From Lama guanicoe (Eukaryota), in NCBI GenBank assembly GCA_013239625.1, contig MU054001.1, forward strand, positions 7,398,174-7,462,173: 64,000 bases of DNA, read 5' to 3'. Positions 26,384 through 39,599 of the stretch are shown piece by piece (within the stretch, counting starts at the first letter, position 1; every line of letters begins with the position of its first letter). The position numbers and the translations under genes are program-made. Below the pieces are notes generated by a model. The model worked only from the letters and a program-made list of their open reading frames with translations, searched no databases and was not told where the DNA came from.

Positions 26384-27365
26384 AAAGAAATCTGGTATAT
26401 ACACCAATCTGGTATATATACCAGATCATTTACATTTTAGGTTATTACCAAATATTGAATATAGTTCTCTGTGCTGTACAGTAAATGCTTGTTGTTTATT
26501 TTATATATAATAGTGTTTATTTGTTAATCCCACCCTCTAATTTATGTTTCCCCCTCTTCTTTCCCCTTTGGTAATCATACATTCATTTTCTATGTCTGTG
26601 ATTCAGTTCCTGTTTTATAAATAAATTTATTTATATTAAATTTTTTAGATTCCATATATAAGTGATATATAATTGTCTTTCCCTGTCTGACTTACATCAC
26701 TTAGTATGATAATCCCTAGGTCTATCCATGCTGCTGCAAATGGCATTATTTCATCCTTTTTTATGGCTGAGATATATATATATATATATATTCTACATTT
26801 TATTTATTGATTCTTCTGTTGATGGACACTTAGGTTGCTACTATGTCTTGGCTATAATAAATAATGCTGCTATGAACATTGGGTTGCATGTATCTTTTCA
26901 AATTAGAGCTTTTGCCTTTTCTGGGTATATGCCCAAGAGAGGGATTGCTGGATCATATGATAACTATTTTTAGTTTCTTAAGTAACCTACACACTGTTCT
27001 CCACAGTGGCTGCTCCAAGTTACATTCTCACCAATGGGGAGTCCCCTTTTCTCAACACCCTCTCCAGCATCTATTATTTGTAGAGTTTGAATGATGGATA
27101 TTCTGACAGGTGTGAGTTGATACCTTATTGTTGTTTTGATTTGCATTTCTCTAATAATTAGTAATGTTGAGCATCTTTTCATTTGCCTGTTGGCCATCTA
27201 TATATCTTCTTTGGATAAATGTCTATTTAGGTATTCTCATTTTTTATTGGATTATTTTTGGTTTTTGATATTGAGTTGTATGAGAAGTTTTTATATTTTG
27301 GAAATTAAGCCATTATCAGTTGCATTATTCACAAATATTTCTTCCTATACCATGGGTTGTCTTCT
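26287..27365 (-). mobile_element. 5'-truncated LINE-1 (3'UTR plus ORF2 C-terminus)
   Basis: ORF 26970-27197 reads [32 protein letters not shown], the ORF2 C-terminal region. The 3'UTR is similar to 20290-20560. Confidence 0.92.
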
Positions 27366-29336
27366 TCTGTCTCTTTTAATGCTTTTGTCTCAGTCTCTAA
27401 TGACTGCATATTCACAGTATGGGCTACTATATTTAACAAATTCTCTATAGGTAGATATTTGACTTGTTTCCATTATTTGCTACATTTAATAATGCTCCTT
27501 ATCTTAAACCTATTGAGACATATTACTTTCAACTCTGTTTTGTTGATGGAGGTTAAGAAAAAACATAAATGGATGTGTTTTTAAGACATTATGAGATTTT
27601 TTATTAGCCAAGACCATAAGAGATGTGTATTATGCTTTTGAAAATCAAACTTTCTCTGCTATTGTTCTACCTCTATAATTCTTGACACTCGGGAATCAAT
27701 TTTACTACCATATTATAAAAACTAGAGGCAGCAAAATAAATTTTGTTTAACAGCTTTCATTAAGTTAAAATTTTAATACTAGTGATAAGTGTACAGAATG
27801 ATTCACCAGATAACTGAGAGCAAACTAAGAGTATTTGGAATAGAAGAAATCTTGCAGATGGTACAAAGACAATTTTGACATTTAATCCAACAGCATAAAA
27901 CTGAATGAGATCAGAGGGACTTTGAAATTACACTTCCATATGGCTGTTATAGAAAGTGACCAGGAAATGTTATCAAATTTGCTGAACACTACTTATAATA
28001 AAAAATTGTTGTCATTCAAGGAAGGAAGAAAATCACTGATTGCAAAGATTGACATTCCATTAGTGTAATTCAAATGAAATCACTGGCATATTTGTCACAC
28101 TGTGGAGAACACCATCTCCAGCCTTTCCCAACAAATTATTAATAGGGGATTGAAGATTATTTGATAAAGGCCTGAAAGAGAGCTACTCTGAGCAAAACAA
28201 ATTTCAGTGACACTCTGATTAGCAGGTGCTGTTGAGTAAAACATCAAAGTGGTGATGTACAATGAGGTGTATAGATGATTTTGGACATGCAGCTTGTGTG
28301 GACTGATTTCAGTGACACAGCCCATTCTAGGTGAAGAAAAATAAAACAGTCATAGACTTTAAAAAGGAGATTCCCTGCTAGGGAATCTATAAATGATATT
28401 TTTTTGAAATATGGCATTTCTCTTATAGTGATTACTGCCTTTGAGATGCAAGTCAGTTAAACAAAGGATTCAAGATAAGAATAGAAATGGTCCTGGTGAA
28501 AGTATATTCAACACTTATCTTCTGGGATAAAATTCAATTAGACTCTCCCCTTGGATCAGAAATCACTCTAGGTCTTTTTGCTGAAATCCTATCATACCTG
28601 TAGAAAGCCTATCAGGTGGGAGGAGCAATCTCAAAGAACTATTAGAAAAACACATTAAAACTCATTTACCAACCAAATTTTTCAATGTCCAGTGCCTTTG
28701 GTGGGAGGATTTCTCTAACTTACTGAAATCCATGTCATTTTCTTCTTAGTGGCTGTAAGTTGCCTCTATCTTGCATAGTTGAATTAGCAGTAATTTATTG
28801 ACAGTATTAATGTGGTTGTGATAAAACTCTAAATTGTGGGCCATCACAATGCAGGTACCACCACAACACTAAGGCAGTTCCATCATCCTCTGAGGCCAAA
28901 GCTCCCAACTGTGTAGAGGACAGATGAGATGGGTAGAATCTAAGGGTTCTTGTGGATTTTATAGTCAACACAAATAAGAAGCTTCACACTGTATAAACAT
29001 CCACATCCTCTTAAACCCTGAACATGTGAGTAACAAGCTCGTTCTTCTGTGTTCACTCTCAGCATTGAAAAAAATCTTAACATATTTTGGTCAAAAGGCC
29101 TTAGATTTAGTATCAAAAACCCAGTTAATAAGTTCTTATCAGCAGTGTTAACATTGTCACATTTCCAAATGGAAAGAATAAAAAGTGTGAATAGTAGTTG
29201 ACCACACAGTTTCCTGTATACATTATCTCATGTGAGACTTATAAGACTATTATGGCCCCATTTCTTTTGCATCAACAACTTAAAACTTTTGTTTGAGGGT
29301 AGATTTTTAAGGACACATGCAGTATTTTTAATCTAA

Positions 29337-30236
29337 TGTATAATCTTTTTTATGTGTTGTTGGATTCTATTTGCCAATATTTTGGTAAGGATTTTTGCAT
29401 CTATGTTCATCCACTGATGAATTGGTCTCTAATTCTCTTTTTTGTTGGTGTCTTTTCCTGATTTTGGTATCAAGGTGATGGTGGCCTCATAGAATGAGTT
29501 TGGGAGTATTTACTCCTTTTCAATCTTCTGGAAGAGTTTGAGAAGGACTCGTGTAAGTCCTTCTTTGTATGTTTGGTAGAATTCCCCTGTAAAGCAATCC
29601 GATCCTGGACTTTTATTTGTAGGGAGGTTTTTTTTTTAATTGCTAATTCGATTTCATTTCTAGTGATCAGTTTGTTAAAGTGGTCAGTTTCTTCTTGCTT
29701 CAGTCTTGGTGAGCTACATGTTTCCAGAAACTTGTCCATCTCTTCTAGGTTATCCATTTTGGTTCCATATAGTATTTTATAACATTCTCATATGATATTC
29801 TGTATTTCTGTTATTTGTTGTAATTCCTCCATTTTCCTTTCTTATTTTGCTAGTTTGTGCTCTCTCTTTTTTCTTCCTTGTGAATTTGGCCAGAAGTTGG
29901 TCAGTTTTATGTACTTTTTCAAAAAACCAGCTTTCAGTTTGAATGATTTTTCTTATTTTTTAATCTCTATTTCTTTCCTACCTAATCTTTATTATTTTCT
30001 TCCTTCTGCTAACTTTTGGGTTTTTTTTACCCTTCTTTTTGTAATTCTTTTAGCTGTTTGGTTAGATTGTTTATTTGAGATTGTTCTTCTTTTTTGAGGA
30101 AGGTCTGTATCACTGTAAACTTCCCTCTTCACACTTCCTTTGCTGCATACCATATATCTTGTGTGGTTGTGTTCTTATTTTCATTTTTCCCAAAGTATAT
30201 TTTAATTTCAACTTTGATGTCATCATCGACCCATTG
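29337..30236 (-). mobile_element. Internal LINE-1 ORF2 fragment (~0.9 kb)
   Basis: ORF 29470-29757 begins [13 protein letters not shown]. It is a diverged paralogue of 32684-33590 in the adjacent L1. Confidence 0.9.
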
Positions 30237-30550
30237 TTTTTTTAAAAATTTTTTACTGATTTATAATCATTTTATAATGTATCAAATTCCAGTGTACAGC
30301 ACAATTTTTCAGTTACACATGAACATAGACATATTCATTGTCACATTTTTTCTCCGTGAGCTACCATAGATCTTGTATATGTTTCCCTGTGCTATACAGT
30401 ATAATCTTGTTTATCTATTCTACAATTTCGAAATCCCAGTCAATCCCTTCCCTCCCTCCACCCTCGTGGCAACCACAAGTTTGTATACTATGTCTATGAG
30501 ACTATATCTGTTTTGTATTAATGTTTTGTGTTTTTTGTTCTTTTTTTTTT

Positions 30551-33500
30551 TTAGATTCCACATATGAGCGATCTCATATGGTAATTTTCTTTCTTTTTCT
30601 GGCTTACTTAACATAGAATGACATTCTCCAGGAGTATCCATGTTGCTGCAAATGGCGTTATGTTGTCGGTTTTTATGGCTGAGTAGTATTCCATTGTATA
30701 AATATACCACATCTTCTTTATCCAGTCATCCGTTGATGGACATTTAGGCTGTTTTCATGTCTTGGCTATTTCATGTCTATTGTAAATATTGCTGCTATGA
30801 ACATTGAGGTGCAGGTGTCATCCTGAAGTAGGGTTCCTTCTGTGTATATGCCCAGAAGCAGGATTCCTGGGTCATATGGTAAGTCTATTCCTAGTCTTTT
30901 GAGAAATCTTCATACTTTTTGCCACAGTGGCGTCACCAAACTGCATTCCCACCAGCAGTGAAGGACGGTTCCTCTTTCTTCACAGCCTCTCCAGCATTTG
31001 TCATTTGTGGATTTTTGAATGATGGCCATTCTGACTCATGTGAGGTGATATCTCATTGTAGTTTTGATTTACATTTCTCTGATAATTAATGATATAGAGC
31101 ATTTTTTCATCTGCCTATTGATCAAATGTATTTATTCCTTGGAGAATTGCTTGTTTAGGTCTTTTGTCCATTTTTGGATTGGGTTGTTTGGCTGTTTCTT
31201 ATTAAGTCATATGAGCTGCTTATATATTCTGGAGACCAAGCCTGTGTCAATTTCATTTGCAAAATTTTTCTACCATTCTGTAGGTTGTCTTTTGGTTTTC
31301 CTTATGGTTTCCTTTGCTGTGCAGAAGCTTGTAAGTTTAATTAGGTCCCATTTGTTTATTCTTGCTTTTATTACTATTGCTTGCATAGACTGTTCTAGGA
31401 GAACATTTTTGAGATGTATATGAGATAAATTTTTACCTATATTTTCTTCTAGGAGGTTTATTGTATCTTGTCTTATGTTTAAGTATTTGATCCATTTTGA
31501 GTTCATTTTTGTGTATGGTGTAAGATTGTGTTCTAGCTTCATTGTTTTACATGCTGCTGTGCAGTTTTCCCAACACCATTTGCTGAAGATACTGTTTTCA
31601 TTTCATTGCATATTCTTGCCTCCTTTGTCAAAGATTAGTTGATAAAAAGATTGTGGGTTCATTTCTGGGCTCTCTATTCCATTCCATTGGACTATATGTC
31701 CGTTTTTGTACTAATATCATGCTGTCTTGATGACTGTAGCTCTATAGTATTGTCTGAAGTCTGGGAGAGTTATTCCTCCAGCCTCTTTTTATTTTTCTTC
31801 AGTAATGCTTTGGCAATTCCATATAAATTTTATTATGATTTGTTCTAGTTCTGTGAAATATGCCCTGGGTAATTGGGTAGGGATTGCATTAAATCTGTAG
31901 ATTGGCTTGGGCAGTGTGACCATTGTAACAATATTGATTCTTCCAATCCAAGAGCATGGGATATCTTTCATTTTTAAAAGTCTTCTTTAATTTGTTTCAT
32001 CAATGGTTTATACTTTTCTGTGTATAATTCTTTCACTTAATTAGCTAGATTTATTCCTAGATATTGTATTATTTTGGGTGCTATTTTAAAGGGGATTGTT
32101 TCTTTACTTTCTTTTTCTGTTGATTCATTGTTAGTGCTAAGGAATGAAACTGATTTTTGTATGTTAATCCTGTAACCTGCTACCTTGCTGAATTCTTCAA
32201 TCAGCTCTAGTAGTTTTTGTGTGGACCTTTTAGGGTTTTCTATATGTAGCAACATGTCGTCGGCATATAGTGACAATTTTACCTCTTGTTTTCCAATTTG
32301 GATCCCTTTTATTTCTTTCTCTTGCCTGATTGCTGTGGCTAGGACTTCCAGGACTATGTTGAATAGAAGTGGGAGAGTGGGCATTCTTGCCTTGCCCCAG
32401 ATTTTAGTGGGAAGCTTTTGAGTTTTTCACCATTGAGTACTATGCTGGCTGTAGGTTTGTCATATGTAGCTTTTATTATGCTAAGTTATGTTCCCTCTAT
32501 ACCCACTTTGGCGAGAGTTTTTATCATAAATGTGTGTTGAATTTTATCAAATGCTTTTTCTGCATCTATTGAGCTGATCATGTAGTTTTTGCCTTTTTCT
32601 TCTTGATGTGATATATTATATTGATTTATTTGCATATGTTGAACCAGCCTTGTGTCCCTGGGATGAACCTCACTTGGTCATGATGTGTAATCTTTTTTAT
32701 GTGTTGTTGGATTCTATTTGCTAATATTTTGATGAGAATTTTGGCGTCTATGTTCATCAGTGATATTGGCCTGTAATTCTCTTTTTTTGTAGTGTCTTTG
32801 CCTGGTTTTGGTATCAGGGTGATGGTGGCTTCATAGAATGAGTTTGGGAGTGTTCCCTCCTTTTCAATCATCTGGAAGAGTTTGAGAAGGACTGGTATGA
32901 GTTCTTCTTTGTAGGTTTGGTGCAATTCCCCTGTGAAGCTGTCTGGTCCTGGACTTTTATTTGTAGGGAGGTTTTTAATTGCTATTTCTATTTCCTTTAT
33001 AGTGATCAGATTCTTCAAGTGTTCAGATTCTTCTTGATTCAGTCTTGGTGGACAGTGTGTTTCCAGAAACTTGTCCATCTCCTCTAAGTTATCCAGTTTG
33101 TTTCCATATAGTTTTTCATAATATTCTCATATCATATTTTGTATTTCTATTTTGTTTGTTGTAATTTCTCCATTTTCCTGTCTTATTTTGCTAATTTGTG
33201 CTCTCTCTTTTTTCTTCTTTGTGAGTTTGGCCAGAGGTTTGTCGATTTTATTTATTTTTTCAAAAAACCAGCTTTTGGTTTGGTTGATTTTTCTATGGTC
33301 TTGTTAATCTCTATTGTATTTAATTTCTTTCTGATCTTTATTACTTCCTTCCTTCTGCTGCATTTTGGGGATTTTTGTTCTTCTTTTTCTAATTCATTCA
33401 TGTGGTGGGTTAAATCGTTTATTTGAGTTTGTTCTTCTTTTTTGAGGAAGGCCTGTATCGCTATAAACTTCCCTCTTAGCACTGCCTTTGCTGTGTCCCA

Positions 33501-34350
33501 TAGGTTTTGAGTGGTTGTGCTTTCATTATCATTTGTCTCAAGGTATTTTTTAATTTCAGCTTTGATTTCCTCATTGATCCATTCTTTTTTCAATAACATA
33601 TTGTTTAATCTCCATGCTTTCCTTTTTTTCTCCTTTGTTTCTCTGTTGTTGATTTCCAGTTTCATGGCATTGTGGTCAGTAAAGATGCTTGAGATAATTT
33701 CTATCTTCTTAAATTTGTTGAGGTTTCTTTTGTGCCCTAGTACATGATCGATCCTGGAAAATGTTCCATGTGCACTTGAAAAGAATGTATATCCTATTTT
33801 TGGTGGGTGTAATGCTCTGAAAATATCCACCAAATCTAGTTTTTCTATTGTATTATTTAATTTCTCTGTTGCCTTGTTTATTTTCTGTCTGGAAGATCTG
33901 TCTAGTGATGTTAATGCAGTGTTAAAATCTCCAACTATGATTGTATTCCCATCAATATCCCCCTTTATCTCTGTTAGTAATTCTTGTATGTACTTAGGTG
34001 CTCCTCTATTGGATGCAAGTATATTAACGAGTGTAATATCCTCATCTTGTATCACTCCTTTAATCATTATAAAATGTCCTTCTTTATCTTTCTTTATGGC
34101 CTTTGTTTTAAAGTCTATTTTGTCTGAAATCAGTACTGCAACACCTGCTTTTTTGGCTTGTCCATTTGCATGGAATATGCTTTTCCATCCTTTCACTCTC
34201 AATCTGTATGTGTCCTTCTCCCTAAGTTGAGTCTCTTTTATGCAGCATATTGAAGGTTCTTGCTTTATTATCCAGTCTGCCACTCTATGTCTTTTGACTG
34301 GAGCATTTTGTCTGTTAACATTTACAGTAATTAATGATAGATGTGTTTAT
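30551..34350 (-). pseudogene. Disrupted L1 ORF2 (endonuclease/reverse transcriptase)
   Basis: Endonuclease motifs [16 protein letters not shown] and TDHN lie in 33252-34283. KSPGPD and [14 protein letters not shown] lie in 32626-33078. The RT motif LSLYADDML lies in 32037-32384. The ORF is broken by frameshifts and stops, with the terminal stop at ~30551-30553. The start coordinate is approximate. Confidence 0.92.
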
Positions 34351-34759
34351 TGTAATTTTGAACTTATCTTTGCAGTTGAATTGGTATATCCTCCTTGTTC
34401 CTTTCTTCTTCCTTTTGTGGTTTGGTAACTTTCCTTTGTATTATCATTGATTTTTTTTTTAATTTTTGCGACTCTCTTGTAAGTTTTGGCTTGTGGTTAC
34501 CCTTTTTTGTAAATCTATTAGCTCATTACTATAAGTGTTTTTATTAGACTGATAGTAACATGATCTCAAACCCATCCTACTCTTAAAAAAATTTAAAAAG
34601 AATGAAAAAGTATTCTATATTTCCCTGCCTCCCTCTCCCACTCTCAGTGATTTGTATGTCTTCTTTTATAATTTCGTGTTTACTTTATTTGTAATTCATT
34701 GGTTATCACCTTTCCAGTTGTGAGTTTCTCATTTCTGTAGCATCCTGCTGCTTTTCTAT

Positions 34760-35661
34760 TTAGAATAGCTCTTTCAATATTTCTTTTAGCATGGGTTTAG
34801 TGTTGCTAAACTCCTGCAGCTTTTTATGTCTGTGAAACTCTTAATTTCTCCTTCTATCCTAAAGGATAGCTTTGCTGGGTAAAGTATCCTAGGCTTCATC
34901 TTTTTTTCATTCATGGCTTTGAATATATCTTGCCGCTCCCTTCTGGCCTGTAGTGTTTTTGGAGAGAAATCAGCTGAGAGCCTTATGGTGGTTCCCTTGT
35001 AACTTACTCTTTGCTTTTCTCTTGCTGCCTTTAGAATCATTTCTTTATCCTTGACTCTGGCTGTCTTGATTATGATATGTCTTGATGTGGGTCTATTTGG
35101 GTTCTTCCTGTTTGGGACCCTCTGAGCTTCCTGTACTTGGATATCTGATTCCTTCTTTAAGTTTGGGAAGTTTTCCGTCATGATTTCTTCAAAAACCTTT
35201 TCAATCCCCTTTGATCTTTCTTCCCCTTCTGGGACCTCTATTATGTGAAGATTGGGATGCTTTATATTATCCCATAGGTCCCTTTTGCTACTTTCATTAT
35301 TTTTTATTCGTTTCTCTTGTAGTTCTTCTGAATGGGTGCTTTCCATTGTCCTGTCTTCTAGATCACTAATTCGTTCCTCTGTATTATATAGTCTGCTTTG
35401 CACAGCTCTTAGATCATTCCTCATCTGTGTCAATGAGTTTTCTCATTCTATTTGGCTCTTCTTTATAGCTTCAATTTCATTTTTGACATATTTTATATCT
35501 CTAAACACTAACTCTTTAAATTCCTTCAGCACTTTGGTCACTCCTTTTTTGAAATCTTGATCAAGTAGGCTATCAATATCTATTTCATTGATCTTTCTTT
35601 CAGGGGATTTCTCTTGTTCTTTTAATTGGGAATTTTTTCTCTGCTTCTTCATCTTGCTCAT
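34760..35661 (-). pseudogene. Disrupted L1 ORF1 (RNA-binding/chaperone)
   Basis: MSKMKKQRK...; an in-frame TGA at 35443-35445; then EERISDLED, DLWDNIKHPNL, ILKAAREK, IRLSADFS and PRILYPAKLSF. A frameshift near 34830 precedes the natural stop at ~34760-34762. Confidence 0.92.
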
Positions 35662-37747
35662 ACCTCTCTGGCACTGTGGTTTATGGAGTATCAGTTATCT
35701 ATTGTGGTCCTTAAGGAGTTTATCTATCTAATGGCTATGTAGGTATAAGACTTAGGGAAAAAGAAAATAAATAAGAGAGAGAAAGAAAGAATTTTAAAAG
35801 AATGGAGAAAAAAAGGTTTGAAAACAGTGTATAATGAATAATAAAAGAGCAAGTTGAAGCCGAATAGGAATCAGGTTGAGATGTCCGTTTAAAACCTTTA
35901 AAAAAAGGGAAAAGATGAAAAGATGTATTTGAAACCAGTGTCTAATCAATAACAGGACATTAAAACCCAAGAGAAATAAAAATGAATTTAGTAAAAATTA
36001 AGAGGGTAATAGAAAATATAACAGGTATAAACAGATTTTAAAAAAAGGGGGTGTCAATGTTTTCTTAGGATCTATGTGCTTTTAATGTGAAGTCTTTCTC
36101 TCTTCGTCTTGTTTTGGAAGCTCATCTTGGTGCTCCCAGAGGCCCTCCATTGCACCCTTTTCTGTGCTGCTCCCAGTATCTGTCAGCAAGCAGATTACAC
36201 CTCCTCCCAAAACTCGGTCAGGTGCATCTCTCCTTTGCTGTGGAAGGGCAGGTCACTGCCTCTCTGGATGTTGCAGTCAGATGTTGCAGACTGGCCAGGT
36301 AGGGGGGCTGGTCGCACCCTCTCCCAGCAGCGTGGTTGTGGGCTGCATTGCTGCCTGCAAGGTGGGGGGCCGCCCTCCCTCTCCTGGCGCTGGTTGGTCT
36401 GTTTCTCTGTGCTGCTGCGCCCTCTGCCTCGTGTTGGTGCTGCACAGGTGGGCTTGAGGAAGACTGAGGAACAGCCTTTTCCCTGCTCCAGGCCAAAACC
36501 CAGCTCCTTGTTTGTCTTGGTGGAGCAAATTCTCTGAGGGACCAGGATGGAAGGATCCTATCTGCTTTGGGTTGTAGACAAGTCTCCGTCTTGCCTTTGT
36601 GGCTGCTAAGCCATTCAGTGCACATGCAGGTTTCGCCCCCGCCCCCACCTGGATGCTAAGTGCAGGAGAATATGGTGGCTGTGCCTGAGCTCCGCCTCTG
36701 TTCCCTGGAAAACTTTCTGCAAGTTTTCAGAAATGGGGATATATACCATTCCCCCCAGGGCACATCAACCATATTGTTTTATGGAGGGCCCAGTTTGTTC
36801 TGCCTTGTACACCCACAGCTATGGCATGCAGCCCCTTGCAGTCCCTTGGGGCTGCCTCAGTTCAGCCGTCCCCATCCTCTGCCTGGCTGAGACAGCCTTG
36901 CCCTAACCCCAGCTGCCAGCCAGTGTTTTGGGCTGAGTGTCAGGGGGACCCTTTGTGCCCATTTAACTTAGATCTGTCAGTCAAGGTGTGCTCTGTACAG
37001 ATCCGAGCCTCGGAGGCTCCCCTTCCAACCTGCTGGCCTCTCAGTTGGAGAAGGGAGACCCAGCAAATGAGGCCAGTCCTCCTTTGCTGCTCCCTCCCCA
37101 CAGGGCCTGTCCCACTCTGCTTTGCCTTTTGTTCTGTCTTTTTTCCTTTTCTCCTACCACATTTTTGGCGTCTCTATCTTTTGAAGAGGACGATGTTCTG
37201 TCAAATTTCCGCAGGTGCTCTGGTTGACTGAGTGGGTCTGTGGATGTGAGTCTTGATGTATTTGTGGGAGACGGTGATCTATGGGCGTCCTTCTACTCCA
37301 CCATCGTCCCTCTTCACACTTCTGAAGCCTTATATCTTAATCCAAAAGTTCTATTTGATTTATTCCATTTAGAAGAATCATCTAGAAGTATTTATCCATT
37401 TGGGATAAGTGTCTGATTTTATCTTGTTAAGAAGAAAATCTTTTGACATGTTTTACATTCCTTTTTCCACTTACTCAACCTAATTAACATTAATTATTAT
37501 AATGATTTTATGAGCATCTCTAAAAACTATTGAGAGGAAAGGCAAAACACAAAGGTAGCTTTTGAAACCATTTTTTTAAAAAAACTAAGTTCTTAGGTTA
37601 AAGTTTAGATACAATTTTCTGCCTTTAAATTTGATTCATTTTAATAAGTAGGAAGGAAAGAGCTGTGTATAATGAGAGGTCTCTCAAGTTTCACCAATTT
37701 ACAAGATTCTCTAAATTAAAGGATCCATCATAAGGTCATCAATTATA

Positions 37748-37895
37748 TCTGTGTATATGTATATGTATATGTATATGTATGTGTATATGTATGTGTGTAT
37801 ATAAATTTAAATGTATGTATATATTTATATGTAAATATTCATACATATGTATATGTATCTATCTGTCTAATCTATCTATCTATGTATCTATGTAT
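37748..37895. repeat. Compound (ATATGT)n/(TA)n/(ATCT)n low-complexity repeat
   Basis: Directly visible. Confidence 0.85.
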
Positions 37896-39575
37896 GATTT
37901 TATACCAATAAGATTAAGAGGCTTTTCCACATAACAGTGAGTCATGTCCCCTATATAAAATTCAACAGTTTACTCCCCAAATGGTAAAAGCCTTTGGGGT
38001 CCAGTCTGATGCAGCAAAGGCTAAGGTGGCAAAATGCCTGAGACTTGGTACAATCAAAGCATGCTAGGAATCCCAATTTACTTTCTTGGCCACTATATGC
38101 ACACAATACATGTACATTTTGGATGGCAGTGTCTGTGTTTAAAAAAAGATAGGAAACAACTGCATACATACATATACATACATAAAGCACTGAGAGAAAG
38201 ATAAAATATTTCCATTTCAAGTACACAGGAAGAGAAATCCATATTTCCCCTATAGGGCTTTTGTTTTTATAAGGTCAGAATTCCAAAAAGTGTTTTCATC
38301 AGGCCTGGCTAATTATTTTCAGGATGAGATTTAAAATTCCCATTTAAAGTTGTAAGTTTTGCCTGTACAGAAACCTGGCTGGGCTATTAGTTGGAGGCTG
38401 GCCATCTGTGATTATTTTTCCTTCTGTTTTGAAAGTTCTACTCCCCATTCTAAGGTCAGGTTGTCAGAATAAAATCACTAGTAGTTTTTCCCATGGGGGC
38501 AACTGCAGGGCCTAAGGACTTTGCCTCTTCCACTCCTGCAAGTTTCTCAGTCACCTGAGAATGCTGTAGCTAGCCAGGAGGAGGGTCCTGTTTCTTGAGT
38601 TGGAAAGTTCCTCATAAGATTTTTACTTTTATCCCAACAAATTCAATGGAGTTAGCCAAATTGAGCAAAGCATTAGACCAGCCTCTTACCCAACCACTCA
38701 GTTCAGACCCCAGGATCTTTCAACTGGGCCCCAGTGGGATGTCTCCTCTCAGTGGCTGTTTCCCTGGTATTTTTCAACCAGCCCCTACCTTGGACATCTC
38801 CTCAAGGTGAGTATTTCCCTGGTGTCTTTCAACTAGTTCCCCACTCCCCCTACATAACATGTCTCTGTTATATGGGTATTTCCCAGTATCTTTCAACCAG
38901 GACCCATCCAGCATGTCTCCACTGGGTAGCTTTATCCCCCTGTATCTTTCAACTGGAGGGCCAGATACCTTAATACACCACCAAATAAAATTCAGGATCA
39001 TCCAGCAATCTGGGAGATCCAAGAACCAGGAGAGACTCACCCAAATTCGACTGGACTCCCTGAGGAGGAAGATGGGCACAAAGGGCCACTCCTGGTACCA
39101 AGGCTGCAGTTCCTCAGAGAGTTCAGGTGAAGGAGAGAAGTCTGCTCTGGGTCCCTTCGAGGTTGCCAAAGCTGTTGACTGAAATAAAGGTGCAGCCTCA
39201 AAGTTGAGACTTCTGTTTCACTTTGCGGAGGACACAGGCCAGGATGACAGCCCCCCATGAGGCTCTAAGGGACTGTTGTGAAGAGGTAGGGGAGGACAAA
39301 GATCAGGCAGGTGGGACAATAAAAGATTACTCGTTACCTAAAGAAAACCAGGCACCTCAAGTTCAAGAATTTTGTGCTTTTCTATGTCTGGGAGGAAGCA
39401 AATATTTGGGCTCATTGAATTCATTGTGTTCACAAGCGTCTAGCTATCTAGGGCATTTTACTTTGCCTTTTAGTTTTGTGAGTCTGTTCAGAGTGGACTA
39501 CTGTGAGTGGTTCCAGTGACTGGGCTGCATGCCTGTCCTCACTGTGGGATGGCAGCAAAATTTGAGTCCTTGAAT
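37896..39575 (-). mobile_element. Truncated ERV1-type provirus: partial 5' LTR (~39173-39575), PBS and leader
   Basis: On the minus strand the LTR end ...TCAACA (39173) is followed after 4 nt by a PBS-like TGGCAACCTCGAAGGGAC. A non-coding leader with short repeats follows. No gag ORF is recognisable, and the left boundary is uncertain. Confidence 0.7.
39151..39168 (-). promoter_or_regulatory. Retroviral primer-binding site, tRNA-Arg type
   Basis: TGGCAACCTCGAAGGGAC matches 16/18 to TGGCGACCACGAAGGGAC, the complement of a tRNA-Arg 3' end as I recall it. Confidence 0.7.
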
Positions 39576-39599
39576 ATAGAATACTTTTATTACTTATAT

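Larger units (their letters stand above)
30237..37314 (-). mobile_element. Near full-length (~7.1 kb) inactivated LINE-1
   Basis: 5' end reads GAAGAGGGACGATGGTGGAGTAGAAGGACGCCC at ~37314. It has a ~1.65-kb 5'UTR, ORF1, a ~0.4-kb inter-ORF region, ORF2, a 3'UTR and an A-rich tail at ~30237-30255. Confidence 0.95.

Noticed and set aside
28095..28350. Possible minus-strand exon after a pyrimidine tract/AG acceptor (~28327)
   Set aside because: No recognisable protein similarity or clear donor site. It cannot be supported without transcript or conservation data.
36087..37231. Cluster of 70-140-aa ORFs on both strands
   Set aside because: They fall in the GC-rich L1 5'UTR, where stops are scarce. 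Nothing supports an ORF0-like product from sequence alone.
38705..38965. CRISPR-like repeat-spacer array
   Set aside because: The context is eukaryotic, the repeats are degenerate with irregular spacing, and there are no cas genes. It lies in an ERV leader.
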